NCBI GenBank assembly: GCA_900551895.1
Contig: URXX01000003.1
Coordinates: forward strand, 118,655 to 150,654
Direction: 5' to 3'
Length of the DNA stretch: 32,000 nucleotides
From: an uncultured Lachnospiraceae bacterium
Lineage (GTDB): Bacteria > Bacillota > Clostridia > Lachnospirales > Lachnospiraceae
In this document: piece after piece, positions 17,937-28,344 of the stretch
How positions within the stretch are numbered: the first letter of the stretch is position 1
Layout: the number at the start of each line of letters is the position of its first letter
Translations under genes and position numbers: made by a program
Notes under the pieces: model-generated
What the model was told of the DNA's origin: nothing
Databases searched by the model: none
The model's input: only the letters and a program-made list of their open reading frames with translations

Positions 17937-19198
17937 ATCTTTTCTATAATTTCATACTGATAGTCTATGTTCGTGCCGATACCCTCTATAATTACCTCAC
18001 CTAATGCGCTTCGCATTTTCGCAATGGCATCTTCTCGCGTCTTACCATGTACAATCAACTTTGCCAGCATGGAGTCGTAGTAGGGCGGAACAATATAGCC
18101 GTGATATACTGCCGTGTCAATCCGCACGCCCTCTCCTCCCGGAAAGTGTACGTCCGTAATTTTACCTGAGGATTTTGCGTTAATTCTACACTCAATGGCA
18201 TGACCGTTTATACGGATATCGTCCTGCGTATAAGAAAGAGGAAACCCCGAAGCAATTCTTATCTGCTCCTTAATCAAATCCAACCCTGTAACCCATTCTG
18301 TCACCGGATGCTCCACCTGTATTCTCGTATTCATCTCCATGAAATAAAATTGGTTATCATTCTCCAATAAAAACTCGATTGTTCCCGCATTTTCATACTG
18401 CACCGCTTTTGCGGCTTTCACTGCCACCTCGCCCATTTTTCTGCGAAGCGTATTAGAAAGCACAGGACAGGGCGACTCTTCTATCAACTTTTGATGATTT
18501 TCCTGAATGGAACAGTCCCTCTCTCCGAGATGTACTACATTTCCATATTTGTCCGCCAATATTTGAAACTCAATATGTCTTGGGTTTTCCACAAAATGCT
18601 CGATATACATAGAATTATCCCCAAAAGACACCTTTGCTTCCTTCTGTGCCGTCTGAAAACTATTTAAAAATTCCTCTTCCGTGTATGCCACACGCATTCC
18701 TTTTCCGCCTCCGCCGAGAACCGCTTTAATGATAACGGGATAGCCTACTTCCGCCGCTATCTCCTTTCCCCTTACCATATCCAAAACAATTTCACTGCTG
18801 CCTGGAATAACTGGTATACCGGCATCAATCATTGTGTTTCTTGCCTGCGATTTATTTCCCATTTTCCGAATGACTTCTGATTTCGGCCCGATAAACGTAA
18901 TATGGCATTTCTCACACAACTCTGCAAATTTACTGTTCTCCGATAAAAAGCCAAATCCCGTATGAATGGCGTCTGCTCCCGAAGTAATTGTTGCACTGAT
19001 TATCCTCTCCATATTCAAATAACTTTCCTGCGATGGTGCAGGACCGATACAGACCGCTTCGTCCGCCAACTGTGTATGAAGCGCCTCGCGGTCTGCCTCA
19101 GAATAAACCGCCACCGTTTCAATTCCCATTTCTCTGCAGGTACGGATAATCCGAACTGCAATTTCGCCTCTGTTTGCAATTAACACTTTTTTTATCAT
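17933..19198 (-). CDS. accC: acetyl-CoA carboxylase, biotin carboxylase subunit
   Basis: [26 protein letters not shown]; [11 protein letters not shown]; [22 protein letters not shown]-terminus ends at ...[14 protein letters not shown]. Confidence 0.95.
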   Translation of the reverse strand: MIKKVLIANRGEIAVRIIRTCREMGIETVAVYSEADREALHTQLADEAVCIGPAPSQESYLNMERIISATITSGADAIHTGFGFLSENSKFAELCEKCHITFIGPKSEVIRKMGNKSQARNTMIDAGIPVIPGSSEIVLDMVRGKEIAAEVGYPVIIKAVLGGGGKGMRVAYTEEEFLNSFQTAQKEAKVSFGDNSMYIEHFVENPRHIEFQILADKYGNVVHLGERDCSIQENHQKLIEESPCPVLSNTLRRKMGEVAVKAAKAVQYENAGTIEFLLENDNQFYFMEMNTRIQVEHPVTEWVTGLDLIKEQIRIASGFPLSYTQDDIRINGHAIECRINAKSSGKITDVHFPGGEGVRIDTAVYHGYIVPPYYDSMLAKLIVHGKTREDAIAKMRSALGEVIIEGIGTNIDYQYEIIEKM

Positions 19199-19207
19199 GT
19201 CTTTCAC

Positions 19208-19636
19208 CTATCCAATCATAAAGGTCAATTCGGCACTTACCACCACTTTCCCATTCACACTGGCAACTGCCTCTCCAATTCCAAGCGGTCCTTTCTGTTT
19301 AATCATTCTCGTTTCTAACTTCAACTTATCTCCCGGCACAACTTTTCCTTTAAATTTACATTTCTGTATTCCGCCAAAATATGCAATTTTCCCTTTGTTT
19401 TCTTCTTTTGATAGAATGGCAACCGCCCCAACCTGTGCCAATGCTTCCACTGTAAGTACCCCCGGCATAATCGGTTCCTGCGGAAAATGTCCTAGAAAAA
19501 AATCTTCTCTGTAAGTCACACATTTATAGCCGACAGCAAACTCCCCCGGCTCGTAATCTTCTATATAATCTACAAGTAAAAACGGATGTCTGTGGGGAAT
19601 AATCTCACAGATTTCCTGCACGGTTAATCCTTTCAT
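19208..19636 (-). CDS. fabZ: 3-hydroxyacyl-ACP dehydratase FabZ
   Basis: IPHRHPFLLVDYI; GHFPQEPIMPGVLTVEALAQ; KFKGKVVPGDKL. Confidence 0.96.
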   Translation of the reverse strand: MKGLTVQEICEIIPHRHPFLLVDYIEDYEPGEFAVGYKCVTYREDFFLGHFPQEPIMPGVLTVEALAQVGAVAILSKEENKGKIAYFGGIQKCKFKGKVVPGDKLKLETRMIKQKGPLGIGEAVASVNGKVVVSAELTFMIG

Positions 19637-19647
19637 TTCTTTTCCTC

Positions 19648-20073
19648 CTATTTCAAACGAAACAGTGGCTGACCATACTCCACTGCCTGACCGTTTTCCA
19701 CGAAAATTTCTTCAACAACGCCGTCAAACTCACTTTCAATCTCATTCATCAGTTTCATCGCTTCCACAATTGCCAAAGTCTGCCCTTTTGCCACCGTATC
19801 TCCTACACGAACAAACGGCTCTGCCTCCTCAGAAGGAGAAGCATAAAATGTTCCTACCAATAACGAAGTAACAATTTTTCCCTCCTGAATCTCCTCCGAT
19901 TTTTGTGTTTCTTCTCCCTTTATCTGTGGAGCAGGCAACTCTTTTTCCACACCATACACAACCTGACATTCTTTTTTCATACCGATTTTTATTCCGTTTT
20001 CTTCATATTGAAACTCTGTCAATTTTGAGGAAGACACGGACTGTATTAATTCAATCAACTGTTCTTTTTCCAT
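19648..20073 (-). CDS. accB: acetyl-CoA carboxylase biotin carboxyl carrier protein
   Basis: C-terminal biotinyl domain VGDTVAKGQTLAIVEAMKLMNEIESEFDGVVEEI. Confidence 0.95.
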   Translation of the reverse strand: MEKEQLIELIQSVSSSKLTEFQYEENGIKIGMKKECQVVYGVEKELPAPQIKGEETQKSEEIQEGKIVTSLLVGTFYASPSEEAEPFVRVGDTVAKGQTLAIVEAMKLMNEIESEFDGVVEEIFVENGQAVEYGQPLFRLK

Positions 20074-20075
20074 TT

Positions 20076-21320
20076 CTACTCTTCCTCCTTATATTTTTTT
20101 ACTAAAATCGTTGCATTGTGTCCGCCAAATCCAAGAGAATTGCTAATAGCACAATTTACCTCTTTTTCCACCGGAGAATGTACCGCATAATTTAACGTAC
20201 ATTCCTCATCTAAATTTTCTGTTCCCATCGTCTGATGAATGAATCCTTCCTGAATGGTTTTGATGCAAGTAATAAATTCTACCGCTCCCGCTGCACCAAG
20301 CAAGTGTCCTATCATCGACTTTGTCGAGTTAATAACAGGATTCTGTGCGGCTTCCCCAAATGCAAGAGAAATTGCTCTCGTTTCAAACAAATCATTGTGA
20401 TGTGTACTTGTCCCGTGGGCATTTATATAATCCACATCTTCAGGAAGCATACCCGCTTCTTTTATTGCCAATTCTATTGCTTTTGCCGCTCCGCTGCCGT
20501 CTTCTGCAGGAGAAGTAATGTGGTACGCGTCACAGGTTGCTCCATAGCCCGCAACTTCGCCATAAATTTTTGCCCCCCTTGCTTTAGCATGTTCCAATTC
20601 TTCCAAAACAACAACGCCTGCTCCTTCTCCGATAACAAATCCGCTTCTGTCTTTATCAAACGGAATAGATGCTCTATTTTTATCCGTGCTTGTCGTCAAT
20701 GCAGTCAATGCGGAAAATCCCGCCACTGCCGTAGGACAGATAGAACTTTCTGTCCCTCCTGCCAACATTACATCTGCATCACCATACTGAATGGCGCGAA
20801 AAGCATCACCGATAGCGTGTGTACCCGTTGCACAGGCAGTTGTGACACTTGTACATTTTCCTTTTAAGCCAAGTTGAATTGCCACGTTTCCTGCTGCCAT
20901 ATTGGAAATCATAAGCGGAACCATAAGCGGATTGACTCTTGACGGTCCTTTCGCCTGAAGTTTATCGTATTCTCTCTCCACAACCTGAAGACTCCCGATT
21001 CCCGAACCGACAATTACGCCCATGCGGAAAGGATCTTCTTTCTCCATACAAAGTCCCGCATCTTCAAATGCCTCTTTTCCCGCTGCAACCGCATACTGCG
21101 AAAAAGTTTCCATTCGTTTTGCCGTCTTAAAATCCATTCTCTCCTTAGCAACAAAACCTTTTACTTCCGCCGCCAGTTTCACCTTATATTCTGTCGTATC
21201 AAATTTTGTAATCTCGCCGATGCCAACTTTTCCCGCCTTAATTCCTTCCCAAAACTCCTCCACAGAATTTCCAATCGGGGTAATTGCTCCCATACCTGTC
21301 ACAACAACTCTTCTTTTCAT
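20076..21320 (-). CDS. fabF: beta-ketoacyl-ACP synthase II
   Basis: MKRRVVVTGMGAITPIG; TSVTTACATGTHAIGDAFR active-site Cys; NAHGTSTHHND; KSMIGHLLGAAG. Confidence 0.96.
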   Translation of the reverse strand: MKRRVVVTGMGAITPIGNSVEEFWEGIKAGKVGIGEITKFDTTEYKVKLAAEVKGFVAKERMDFKTAKRMETFSQYAVAAGKEAFEDAGLCMEKEDPFRMGVIVGSGIGSLQVVEREYDKLQAKGPSRVNPLMVPLMISNMAAGNVAIQLGLKGKCTSVTTACATGTHAIGDAFRAIQYGDADVMLAGGTESSICPTAVAGFSALTALTTSTDKNRASIPFDKDRSGFVIGEGAGVVVLEELEHAKARGAKIYGEVAGYGATCDAYHITSPAEDGSGAAKAIELAIKEAGMLPEDVDYINAHGTSTHHNDLFETRAISLAFGEAAQNPVINSTKSMIGHLLGAAGAVEFITCIKTIQEGFIHQTMGTENLDEECTLNYAVHSPVEKEVNCAISNSLGFGGHNATILVKKYKEEE

Positions 21321-21332
21321 TACATGCTCTCC

Positions 21333-22073
21333 TTATATCACCATTCCGCCGTCCACATGAATCACCTGTCCTGTAATATATCCTGCCTGTTCCGATGCCA
21401 AAAACGAAACTGCACCGGCAATATCCTCCGGTTTTCCATAATGTCCCAAAGGTATTTTCGCTATAGACTCTTCTTTTACCTTATCCGGCAATCTTTTTGT
21501 CATATCCGTTTCGATAAATCCCGGAGCAATGGCATTTACCGTAATCTTTCTTGATGCCAGTTCGCGTGCGGCAGACTTCGTCAAACCGATTACTCCCGCT
21601 TTGGACGCCGCATAATTTGCCTGCCCTGCATTTCCCGCAACACCTACAACCGAAGAAATATTGATAATTCTTCCATAACGCTGTTTTATCATCTGCCTTG
21701 TCACAAAACGCATACAGTGAAACGTTCCCTTTAAATTCGTGTCAATAACCGTGTCAAACTCTTCCTCCGACATTTTCATCAGCAGACCGTCACGGGCTAC
21801 TCCCGCATTATTTACTAAAATATCTACTCGTTTATACTTTTCGATAATTTGTTGAAAAAACTGTTCACATCCGTGAAAATCCGCAACATTGCACTGCATA
21901 ATTTCCGCCGTTCCGCCATTTTCTTCTATTTCCAGTTTCACTTCTTCCGCCTTTTGAGCAGAGCCGTTATAGTTGATAATGACATTTGCCCCCTGTCGGG
22001 CAAGTTCTAATGCAATCGCTCTTCCGATTCCTCTCGAACCGCCTGTCACAACCGCTGTCTGTCCGCTTAACAT
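21333..22073 (-). CDS. fabG: 3-oxoacyl-ACP reductase FabG
   Basis: TGGSRGIGRAIA; NNAG; INISSVVGVAGNAGQANYAASKAGVIG; ITVNAIAPGFIETDMT. Confidence 0.96.
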   Translation of the reverse strand: MLSGQTAVVTGGSRGIGRAIALELARQGANVIINYNGSAQKAEEVKLEIEENGGTAEIMQCNVADFHGCEQFFQQIIEKYKRVDILVNNAGVARDGLLMKMSEEEFDTVIDTNLKGTFHCMRFVTRQMIKQRYGRIINISSVVGVAGNAGQANYAASKAGVIGLTKSAARELASRKITVNAIAPGFIETDMTKRLPDKVKEESIAKIPLGHYGKPEDIAGAVSFLASEQAGYITGQVIHVDGGMVI

Positions 22074-23002
22074 TTATTTGCACCTCCAAGTTCAGCCAGC
22101 ACTTTCTCCATATCTTCCCAAGTGCTGATACTGTATGTTTTTACATTTCTATTTATTTTTCTGATAAACCCTGACAATGTTTTTCCTACACCTATTTCCA
22201 CAAATGTGTCTACACCATCAGCAATCATAGTTTCTACACTTTCCTGCCAGAGAACCGAAGAAGCCACCTGTTTTGAAAGCAACTCTTTCGTTTCTTTTAT
22301 ATCTGTAATGTATTTTCCTGTCACATTTGTCACATATGGAATTTGCAATTCACTGAAAGAAATGTTTTCCAACAGTTCGCCTAACTTTTTCCCCGCTTCA
22401 ACCAAAAACAGGGAATGAAACGGACCGCTCACGTTCAGCAGCATTGCTCTTTTTGCCCCTGCCGACAAAAGTTTTTCGTTTGCCTCCCGCACCGCGTCTG
22501 TTTTTCCTGTAATTACAATCTGATTTGGACAGTTATAATTGGCAACAAAAACATTTTCCATATCTGCGATAACATTTTCCACTTCTTGCCCCGCCATGCC
22601 AAGAATAGCGGACATAGTGCCTTCTCCTTCCGGAACGGCATCCTGCATAAACTTTCCTCTCTCTCTTACAACCGAAATCGCATCCATATCGGACATTCCT
22701 CCTGCAATCGCAATGGCGGTGTACTCTCCCAAACTTAACCCCGCCGTCACATCCGCATGCAGTCCTCTTTTCTCCACCTCTCTTGCAATGGCAAGAGAAG
22801 TTGTCACTAGTGCAGCCTGTGTATATTCTGTTTTATCCAACAAATCATTTTCTTCAAAACATAACTTTCTCAAATCTAATTCCAGTTTCTCGGAAGCAGT
22901 GTCAAATATGTTCTTTGCGATTTCACTATGCTCATAAAAATCTTTTCCCATACCTGCTTTCTGCGCTCCCTGTCCTGAAAAAACAAATGCGATTTTATTC
23001 AT
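22067..23002 (-). CDS. fabD: malonyl-CoA:ACP transacylase FabD
   Basis: IAFVFSGQGAQKAGMGKDFYE; TAGLSLGEYTAIAIAG; NVSGPFHS. Confidence 0.95.
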   Translation of the reverse strand: MNKIAFVFSGQGAQKAGMGKDFYEHSEIAKNIFDTASEKLELDLRKLCFEENDLLDKTEYTQAALVTTSLAIAREVEKRGLHADVTAGLSLGEYTAIAIAGGMSDMDAISVVRERGKFMQDAVPEGEGTMSAILGMAGQEVENVIADMENVFVANYNCPNQIVITGKTDAVREANEKLLSAGAKRAMLLNVSGPFHSLFLVEAGKKLGELLENISFSELQIPYVTNVTGKYITDIKETKELLSKQVASSVLWQESVETMIADGVDTFVEIGVGKTLSGFIRKINRNVKTYSISTWEDMEKVLAELGGANKC

Positions 23003-23933
23003 AAAACCTTTTTCCTTTCATTAACTTATCGGTTTCTGTCACCAACTTTTCAATAAGTGCCTTACAGGACATTTCCTCTTTCACAAGTCCCGCTATCTGC
23101 CCCGCCATTACACTTCCATTTATTACATCGCCTTCGATAACCGCCTTTCGCAATCCCCCGAGGGTTAAAAGTTCCAGTTCCTCCAAAGACGCACCTTCCT
23201 TTTCCAATTTCAAATATTCTTTCGTCATCTGATTACGCAATGCACGCACCGGATGACCTGTCGTTCTCCCTGTTACTCTAGAGTCAATATCTTTTGCTTT
23301 GATAATACATTTTTTGTAATTTTCATGTACAATAGACTCTTTCGTCACAACAAAACAAGTGCCAAGTTGTACTGCCTCCGCTCCCAGCATAAAAGCGGCT
23401 GCCATTCCTCTGCCGTCCCCGATACCGCCTGCGGAAATAACCGGAATTTCCACTGCATCAACAATCTGAGGAACAAGCACCATAGTTGTATTCTCTCCGA
23501 TATGACCTCCCGCCTCCGTGCCTTCTGCCACGATTGCATCCGCACCGCATCTTTCCATGCGTTTTGCCATTGCTACGGAAGCCACAACCGGAATTACTTT
23601 CACTCCCGCTTCCTTCCACATTTTTATATATTTTTCGGGATTTCCCGCCCCTGTTGTCACAACAGGGACCTTTTCTTCCACAACTACTTTTGCTACCTCA
23701 TCTGCATTCGGACTCATCAGCATAATATTTACTCCAAACGGTTTATCTGTCTGTTTCTTTACTTCCTTAATCTGTTCGCGCACCCACTCTGCCGGTGCAT
23801 TTGCAGCCCCTATCATACCTAATCCGCCTGCCTTTGACACGCCTGCTGCAAGGTGATACTCTGCAACCCATGCCATACCCCCTTGTATAATCGGATACTC
23901 GATTTCCAGTAATTCAGTCACTCTTGTTTTCAT
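22995..23933 (-). CDS. fabK: enoyl-ACP reductase II FabK
   Basis: YPIIQGGMAWVAEYHLAAGVSKAGGLGMIG; GTEAGGHIGE; PVISAGGIGDGRGMAAAFMLGAEAVQLGTCFV. Confidence 0.94.
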   Translation of the reverse strand: MKTRVTELLEIEYPIIQGGMAWVAEYHLAAGVSKAGGLGMIGAANAPAEWVREQIKEVKKQTDKPFGVNIMLMSPNADEVAKVVVEEKVPVVTTGAGNPEKYIKMWKEAGVKVIPVVASVAMAKRMERCGADAIVAEGTEAGGHIGENTTMVLVPQIVDAVEIPVISAGGIGDGRGMAAAFMLGAEAVQLGTCFVVTKESIVHENYKKCIIKAKDIDSRVTGRTTGHPVRALRNQMTKEYLKLEKEGASLEELELLTLGGLRKAVIEGDVINGSVMAGQIAGLVKEEMSCKALIEKLVTETDKLMKGKRFYE

Positions 23934-23955
23934 ACGATAACCTTTCTTTTTGAAC

Positions 23956-24174
23956 CTACGCTTCTAAATACGCTACTACATCTCCGATTGTCGTTAATTT
24001 TTCCAAATCTTCCGTAGGAATTTCTTTTTCAAATTCTTCTTCAAATGCCATTACCATTTCAAATAAATCTAAAGAGTCTGCTCCTAAATCTTCTTTGAAG
24101 GAAGTTGTCGGTGTTAATTCCTCCACATCTGCTCCTAATGAATCTGCTACAATTTCTTTTACTTTTTCTAACAT
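23956..24174 (-). CDS. acpP: acyl carrier protein
   Basis: Phosphopantetheine motif [17 protein letters not shown]; start revised to MLEKVKEIV (24174) with GGAG RBS. Confidence 0.95.
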   Translation of the reverse strand: MLEKVKEIVADSLGADVEELTPTTSFKEDLGADSLDLFEMVMAFEEEFEKEIPTEDLEKLTTIGDVVAYLEA

Positions 24175-24224
24175 CTTATTTTTCTCCTTTATTTCCTTAA
24201 ATTTATGTAATCCTAAATTGGATA

Positions 24225-25148
24225 TTACCACTCAATCAGACTTGCTCCCCACGATAGTCCTGCGCCAAATCCCGATATAACGATTTTCATTCCTTTTTTG
24301 AGTAAACCTTTTCGGTTCATCTCATCTAATAAAATCGGTATACTTGCCGAGGAGGTATTTCCATATTCCTGTAAATTCATGGGAAATTTTTCTATTTCCA
24401 TTTTCATTTTTTTTGCAACTGCTTCCACAATTCTCTTATTTGCCTGATGCAATATAAAATAATCCACTTCTTCTTTTGGTAAATGATTTTCTTCCAGCAG
24501 TTCACAAATACATTTCGGTACTTGCTTTACGGCAAACTTAAAGACCTCCTGACCGTCCATACGGATAAAATCATTTTGTCCGCAGGTGAGCGCCTTTCCT
24601 TTTTCACCGTCCGAATATGTTATTATCGGAAATTTCGTTCCCTCTGCCGCCTGTAACACAACCGCGCCTGCGCCATCTCCAAATAAAATGCACGTTCCAC
24701 GGTCTTTCCAGTCAATCAGATTTGAAAGACACTCTGCGCCAATCACCATTCCGGTTCGATATATTCCGCTTGCGATATAAGCCTGTGCCGTATTGTATGC
24801 AAACAAAAAACCGCTGCATGCCGCATTCAAATCAAAACAGGTTGCGTTGACCGCTCCGATTTTTTTCTGCACCTCGCAGGCGGCACAGGGCAAAATCACA
24901 TTTGAAGATATAGTCGATACAATAATAAAATCCATTTCTTCCGCAGATATTTTTGCATTTTTCAACGCCCTTTCCGCAGATTTCACTGCCATATCAACTA
25001 TATTCTCTTCCTGTGCAATATGGCGTCTGGCAATTCCCGTCCTCTCTCTAATCCATTCATCACTCGTCTCCACAAGGTTTGCCAAATCATCGTTTTTCAT
25101 AACATTGGGCGGGGCATATGCACCCGTTCCACATATTTTTCCTATCAT
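24225..25148 (-). CDS. fabH: beta-ketoacyl-ACP synthase III
   Basis: [23 protein letters not shown]; [12 protein letters not shown] active-site Cys; HQAN; [11 protein letters not shown]. Confidence 0.95.
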   Translation of the reverse strand: MIGKICGTGAYAPPNVMKNDDLANLVETSDEWIRERTGIARRHIAQEENIVDMAVKSAERALKNAKISAEEMDFIIVSTISSNVILPCAACEVQKKIGAVNATCFDLNAACSGFLFAYNTAQAYIASGIYRTGMVIGAECLSNLIDWKDRGTCILFGDGAGAVVLQAAEGTKFPIITYSDGEKGKALTCGQNDFIRMDGQEVFKFAVKQVPKCICELLEENHLPKEEVDYFILHQANKRIVEAVAKKMKMEIEKFPMNLQEYGNTSSASIPILLDEMNRKGLLKKGMKIVISGFGAGLSWGASLIEW

Positions 25149-25181
25149 TTTCTTTTCTCCATATTTTGTTTTGAGTTTCAA

Positions 25182-25202
25182 ATACTTTGATATTCAAAGT
25201 AT
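25182..25202. promoter_or_regulatory. FabT-like palindromic operator upstream of fabH
   Basis: Perfect 9-bp arms with 3-nt spacer: atactttga-tat-tcaaagtat; overlaps the predicted -10. Confidence 0.75.
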
Positions 25203-25225
25203 ACTACCAAAAAAATATTTGTCAA
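25198..25225 (-). promoter_or_regulatory. sigma-A-type promoter of the fab operon
   Basis: Minus strand TTGACA (25225-25220), 16-nt spacer, TATACT (25203-25198). Confidence 0.75.
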
Positions 25226-25313
25226 CAATTTTTTTCTTTCTCATCTATAAAATCTACTCTTCCAGCCATACTATAGTAGAAAAAATCCTAAATTTACGGA
25301 AAAGGAGACAGTT

Positions 25314-26306
25314 ATGAAATCCCTTGATTATATCAAAACTTTTAAAATTTCCCTCGGATGCTGTATCGCTTTCTTTATCGCTGAAACATTTTCCCTAAAT
25401 TTTTCTACATCTGTTATTACGATTACTCTCCTTAGCATTTTAAATACCAAGAGAGATACCTTTCTCATTGCCGGCAAACGCCTTTTATCTTTCTTTGTCG
25501 CTGTTCTTACCTCAATATTCATTTTCCCCCTGCTCAATTATTCCCTGCTCAGCCTAGCAATTTATCTCGCTCTTTATCAACTCTTCTGCCAACTTTTATA
25601 TTTAACCGAAGGTTTTTCCATGAGTACTGTTCTGATGTTACACCTTTGGAAAAATCAAGAAATATCTTTCCCACTTTTTGCCAATGAACTGTATCTTATG
25701 TTAATCGGTATCTCCATAGGTATAGTAATGAACCTCTATATGCCAAACAAAGTGGAAAAAATTCAAATGGCTCAGCGGAAAATCGAAGAAAAAATGTCTG
25801 AAATTTTATTTACAATGTCCCGCGCTATTTTTCAGGAATATTTAAGTGAATATATAACAAAAAGCCTTACCGAATTGGAAAATCTTCTTTCCTCCTCACT
25901 CGCCCATGCACAATATACACAGAAAAATTTCTTTTTTAAAGATATGAGTTACTATGTCACTTATATGCAGATGCGTTCTGAGCAGACAGTTCTTCTCAAA
26001 CAAATTCATCAAAATCTCCCACGTCTGCAAGAACCCTATTTACAGACAAATCTTGTCTCAAAATTTATGCGTATCGTTGCTATCTCTTTGGAAAACTATG
26101 ATAACGCAGAAGATTTGTTAAAATATCTTTCCTTGCTAAAACAAAAATTTCGTTCCGCCTCTCTCCCGTCAAGCAGACAGGAATTTGAATCCCGTGCTGT
26201 TCTTTATGAAATTGTAAATGAATTACGTGAAATGCTTATTCTAAAAAGAGATTTTACAAAAAATCTTTCTCCTCATCAAATCGAAATGTTTTGGACAAAA
26301 AAATAG
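25314..26306 (+). CDS. aromatic acid exporter (ArAE/FUSC-like) family membrane protein
   Basis: Several N-terminal hydrophobic helices (GCCIAFFIAETFSLNFSTSVITITLLSILNTKRDTF...) then a soluble helical C-terminal domain of the ArAE_1_C type. Confidence 0.7.
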   Translation: MKSLDYIKTFKISLGCCIAFFIAETFSLNFSTSVITITLLSILNTKRDTFLIAGKRLLSFFVAVLTSIFIFPLLNYSLLSLAIYLALYQLFCQLLYLTEGFSMSTVLMLHLWKNQEISFPLFANELYLMLIGISIGIVMNLYMPNKVEKIQMAQRKIEEKMSEILFTMSRAIFQEYLSEYITKSLTELENLLSSSLAHAQYTQKNFFFKDMSYYVTYMQMRSEQTVLLKQIHQNLPRLQEPYLQTNLVSKFMRIVAISLENYDNAEDLLKYLSLLKQKFRSASLPSSRQEFESRAVLYEIVNELREMLILKRDFTKNLSPHQIEMFWTKK

Positions 26307-26332
26307 GGCGTGCAAACGCACATCCTATTTTT
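26299..26332. terminator. bidirectional terminator
   Basis: aaaaatagg (26299-26307)/cctattttt (26324-26332) with inner gtgc/gcac; includes stop codons of both convergent genes. Confidence 0.75.
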
Positions 26333-26759
26333 CTAATTTCTCTACAATTAATTTCACACCGATAATATCAGTAACTCTGACAATCTCGTCTTTCCCGATT
26401 ACTTCCTGCGGGTTTTTCGCTCTGGCAGTCCACTCCTGTCCATCCACAAGCGCAGTTCCCGTTTCGTTCAAATTGTCGATAACTTCTGTCACTTTCGCCG
26501 TCTTTCCAATAGTACTTTCATAATTCGTCTTCGTCCGTCCCGAATTAATATATTTCTTTGCAAAAGGACGGGTAAATACCATTAGCACAACCGACACTAC
26601 GAAAAATGCGACTATCTGCCAAATAAGATTTACTCCCAAACAATTTAAAATCAGCGCTACCAATGCACCGCCTGCCAGCCATATAGAAGTAAGACCGACC
26701 GTAATAATTTCAATAATTAAAAATATAATAATTAACCCTAACCAAACTACATTTTCCAT
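26325..26759 (-). CDS. NfeD family protein
   Basis: Hydrophobic N-terminus, then GKTAKVTEVIDNLNETGTALVDGQEWTARAKNPQEVIGKDEIVRVTDIIGVKLIVEK (OB-fold NfeD C-domain). Confidence 0.88.
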   Translation of the reverse strand: MENVVWLGLIIIFLIIEIITVGLTSIWLAGGALVALILNCLGVNLIWQIVAFFVVSVVLMVFTRPFAKKYINSGRTKTNYESTIGKTAKVTEVIDNLNETGTALVDGQEWTARAKNPQEVIGKDEIVRVTDIIGVKLIVEKLEK

Positions 26760-26804
26760 AGAAATCCCTCCTGTCTTCATTTGCCCGAAAGCAATCTTCT
26801 AACG

Positions 26805-26999
26805 TTACGGAATTTCATCAAGAAATTCAGGACATTGCTGTAAAAATCTTTTGAACTCTTCCTCGTTTAAATCCTTCACTATTCGGGCATTATATTCTTT
26901 ATCATCCTGCAACAGTATATGTATTGCTCTCATCATTTGTTTCTCAGTTAAATTATTTTTCATTTTGCTTACCTCTAACTTAAACTTTTCTTCATTCAA
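26805..26999 (-). CDS. short hypothetical protein
   Basis: 64-aa ORF in line with neighbouring minus-strand genes; plausible charged helical composition. Confidence 0.45.
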   Translation of the reverse strand: MNEEKFKLEVSKMKNNLTEKQMMRAIHILLQDDKEYNARIVKDLNEEEFKRFLQQCPEFLDEIP

Positions 27000-27078
27000 G
27001 TTGTGATTTTACAACCATATAGTTGCATTTCCACTTTTATTATGCCACTAAATGATAGCCTTATCAAGAGGTGATTTT

Positions 27079-27318
27079 ATGTATTTAAAACGGTTGAAAG
27101 ATTTGAGAACTGACCACGATTTAACACAGGAAAATATGGCTGATATTTTGAAATGTCATCGTGAAGTTTATAGAAGATATGAAAGCGGAATTCGTACGCT
27201 TCCCATTGATTATCTTGTCACGATTGCCAAATACTATAATACCAGTACAGATTATCTGCTGGAATTGACCGATGTGAAAACACCTTATCCGCAGAAAAAG
27301 AAAAATAATAAAAAGTAG
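27079..27318 (+). CDS. small XRE-family HTH regulator
   Basis: LKRLKDLRTDHDLTQENMADILKCHREVYRRYESGIRTLPIDYLVTIAKYYNTSTDYLLELTD; ATG at 27079 after AGAGGTG. Confidence 0.88.
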   Translation: MYLKRLKDLRTDHDLTQENMADILKCHREVYRRYESGIRTLPIDYLVTIAKYYNTSTDYLLELTDVKTPYPQKKKNNKK

Positions 27319-27325
27319 TTTTATA

Positions 27326-27357
27326 AAAGGTACTGCCAAAATTTAAGCAGTACCTTT
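27326..27357. terminator. stem-loop between convergent genes
   Basis: 11-bp perfect stem aaaggtactgc/gcagtaccttt. Confidence 0.7.
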
Positions 27358-27362
27358 GTTCT

Positions 27363-28163
27363 TTAAACCCTCTGAGCAATCTCTTCCTCCAGCATTTCAA
27401 CCTCTTCTAAAGTCAGACCAAAATAATTCGCAATTTCTTCTTTTGCTAATTTTCTATCTTTCAACATTTTTAAAGCGATTTCTTTTTTCTCTTCGCTGAT
27501 TAAATCTTCTACAATTTTACACATAGTTGCTACTCCTTTCTCATTTTCCTTAAAATAGCGAGTTCTATCTGCCAACACTTTATAATTCATATCCTTTGGA
27601 TCTCTACATGAAAAATCATACATCAACTTTCCTAACGGTGTTTCATCTCTGTACGAACCATTGACATATATAATATGAGATTCATCTTGGAAAGGCTCTC
27701 CCGTTTCCTTTATTACACGTTCAACGTGATAAATCGGTTGGTTCCCTCTCAAAATATCATTTTCTGTAATAAAAATAACATAAACTTCCGGCAAATCATC
27801 AAAATCGGAACCCGGAACTAACGAACTAGCATCTACAAGGCTGCTATTATACCTTGCACGCTTTACTCCCGCTCCTTTGTCTGCTCTCTGAACCTCTATA
27901 TCATATTTCTTTCCTAATTTATCTATTGCAAGTATATCCAATCTGACAGAGCGACCAAGTAAATTTTTAATCGAATATTGTGTATGTGCTTCTTTCACTT
28001 TTAAATCCGGCTTTTCCATTATGATATGTAAAAGAAGTTCAATACATTCATAGTCATCTTCAAATACTTTACTCATAAAATCATCATCTAACAGGCGGAA
28101 CTCTTTTATTTTTTCTAATAATTGTCTTCTCTTACATTCATTCTCCACAATGCATTCCTCCAT
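27363..28163 (-). CDS. PD-(D/E)XK nuclease family transposase (Rpn/PDDEXK_2-like)
   Basis: LDDDFMSKVFEDDYECIELLLHIIM...SVRLDILAIDKLGKKYDIEVQRADKGAGVKRARYNSSLVDASSLVPGSDFDDLPEVYVIFITENDILRG. Confidence 0.85.
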   Translation of the reverse strand: MEECIVENECKRRQLLEKIKEFRLLDDDFMSKVFEDDYECIELLLHIIMEKPDLKVKEAHTQYSIKNLLGRSVRLDILAIDKLGKKYDIEVQRADKGAGVKRARYNSSLVDASSLVPGSDFDDLPEVYVIFITENDILRGNQPIYHVERVIKETGEPFQDESHIIYVNGSYRDETPLGKLMYDFSCRDPKDMNYKVLADRTRYFKENEKGVATMCKIVEDLISEEKKEIALKMLKDRKLAKEEIANYFGLTLEEVEMLEEEIAQRV

Positions 28164-28344
28164 ATCCGCATTTACTTATCCTTATCTTATCATTTCCTTT
28201 TTTATATTTCAATACCAGCCTGTACCCGTTCACGACAAATGAGTTACATTCTTTCTTATATGTATGTTCTCCTATACGTACACCATAAAATTCCACACAA
28301 AAAAATCGCAACCCCCGATTTCTCAAGAATTGCGATCTCTATAC

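Noticed and set aside
28138-28326. 62-aa minus ORF between the PD-(D/E)XK gene and the tRNAs
   Set aside because: No good RBS or recognisable family; overlaps the start of the 27363-28163 gene and probably is leader sequence.
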